Assembly (NCBI GenBank): GCA_013239625.1
Contig: MU054212.1
Location: forward strand, 682,001 to 746,000
Reading direction: 5' to 3'
From: Lama guanicoe
Lineage: Eukaryota
DNA: 64,000 nt
Notes under the pieces: generated by a model
Database searches by the model: none
Told to the model about the DNA's origin: nothing
What the model saw: the letters and a program-made list of their open reading frames with translations, nothing else
Shown: piece after piece, positions 63,854-64,000 of the stretch
Layout of the letters: every line of letters begins with the position of its first letter
Numbering within the stretch: position 1 is the first letter of the stretch
Translations under genes and position numbers: made by a program

Positions 63854-64000
63854 GTATCCTTTCCGAGCGCTGGCCGTGCAAGGAGGGGAGCCGTCACCCT
63901 CCTCACACTGGGTCTAAGGGTGGTCTGAGACCCCCAGTCAGGCATGAACATCATGGGAAGCGCCCGTGGGGTTTCCTTCCCATCGCGGGCCGGACACCTG

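Noticed and set aside
1..64000. CRISPR arrays, prokaryotic operons or defence systems, rRNA, NUMT, snoRNA or miRNA genes
   Set aside because: The sequence is intron-rich mammalian DNA. I saw no repeat-spacer arrays or recognisable structural RNA genes, though small ncRNAs cannot be excluded without an Rfam/Infernal search

Overview
Mammalian genomic DNA, probably a camelid (inferred from three tRNA-derived SINE copies plus one truncated copy resembling the camelid Vic-1 type). It is syntenic with human 18q11.2 and holds three spliced protein-coding genes, which I reconstructed by hand from splice sites and reading phase. (1) TMEM241/SLC35D4, minus strand: coding exons 1-4 (93 codons), continuing off the left edge. 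(2) RIOK3, plus strand: complete, 13 coding exons, 1560 nt = 519 aa + stop. (3) RMC1/C18orf8, plus strand: coding exons 1-11 (1006 nt), continuing off the right edge. Each gene starts in a CpG island, and TMEM241 and RIOK3 are divergent. The remainder is intron/intergenic DNA rich in L1, L2, MIR, MaLR/ERV LTR, DNA-transposon and SINE remnants; repeat family names are from recall and their boundaries are approximate. Almost all ORFs in the supplied track are spurious. I found no clearly novel biological system. The best leads are a U12-type splice donor in RMC1, a frameshifting internal donor in RIOK3 exon 8, shared promoter motifs in two lysosome/cholesterol-related genes, a twin-primed L1 with an inverted young sister copy, and an abrupt GC3 jump in RIOK3 exon 10.
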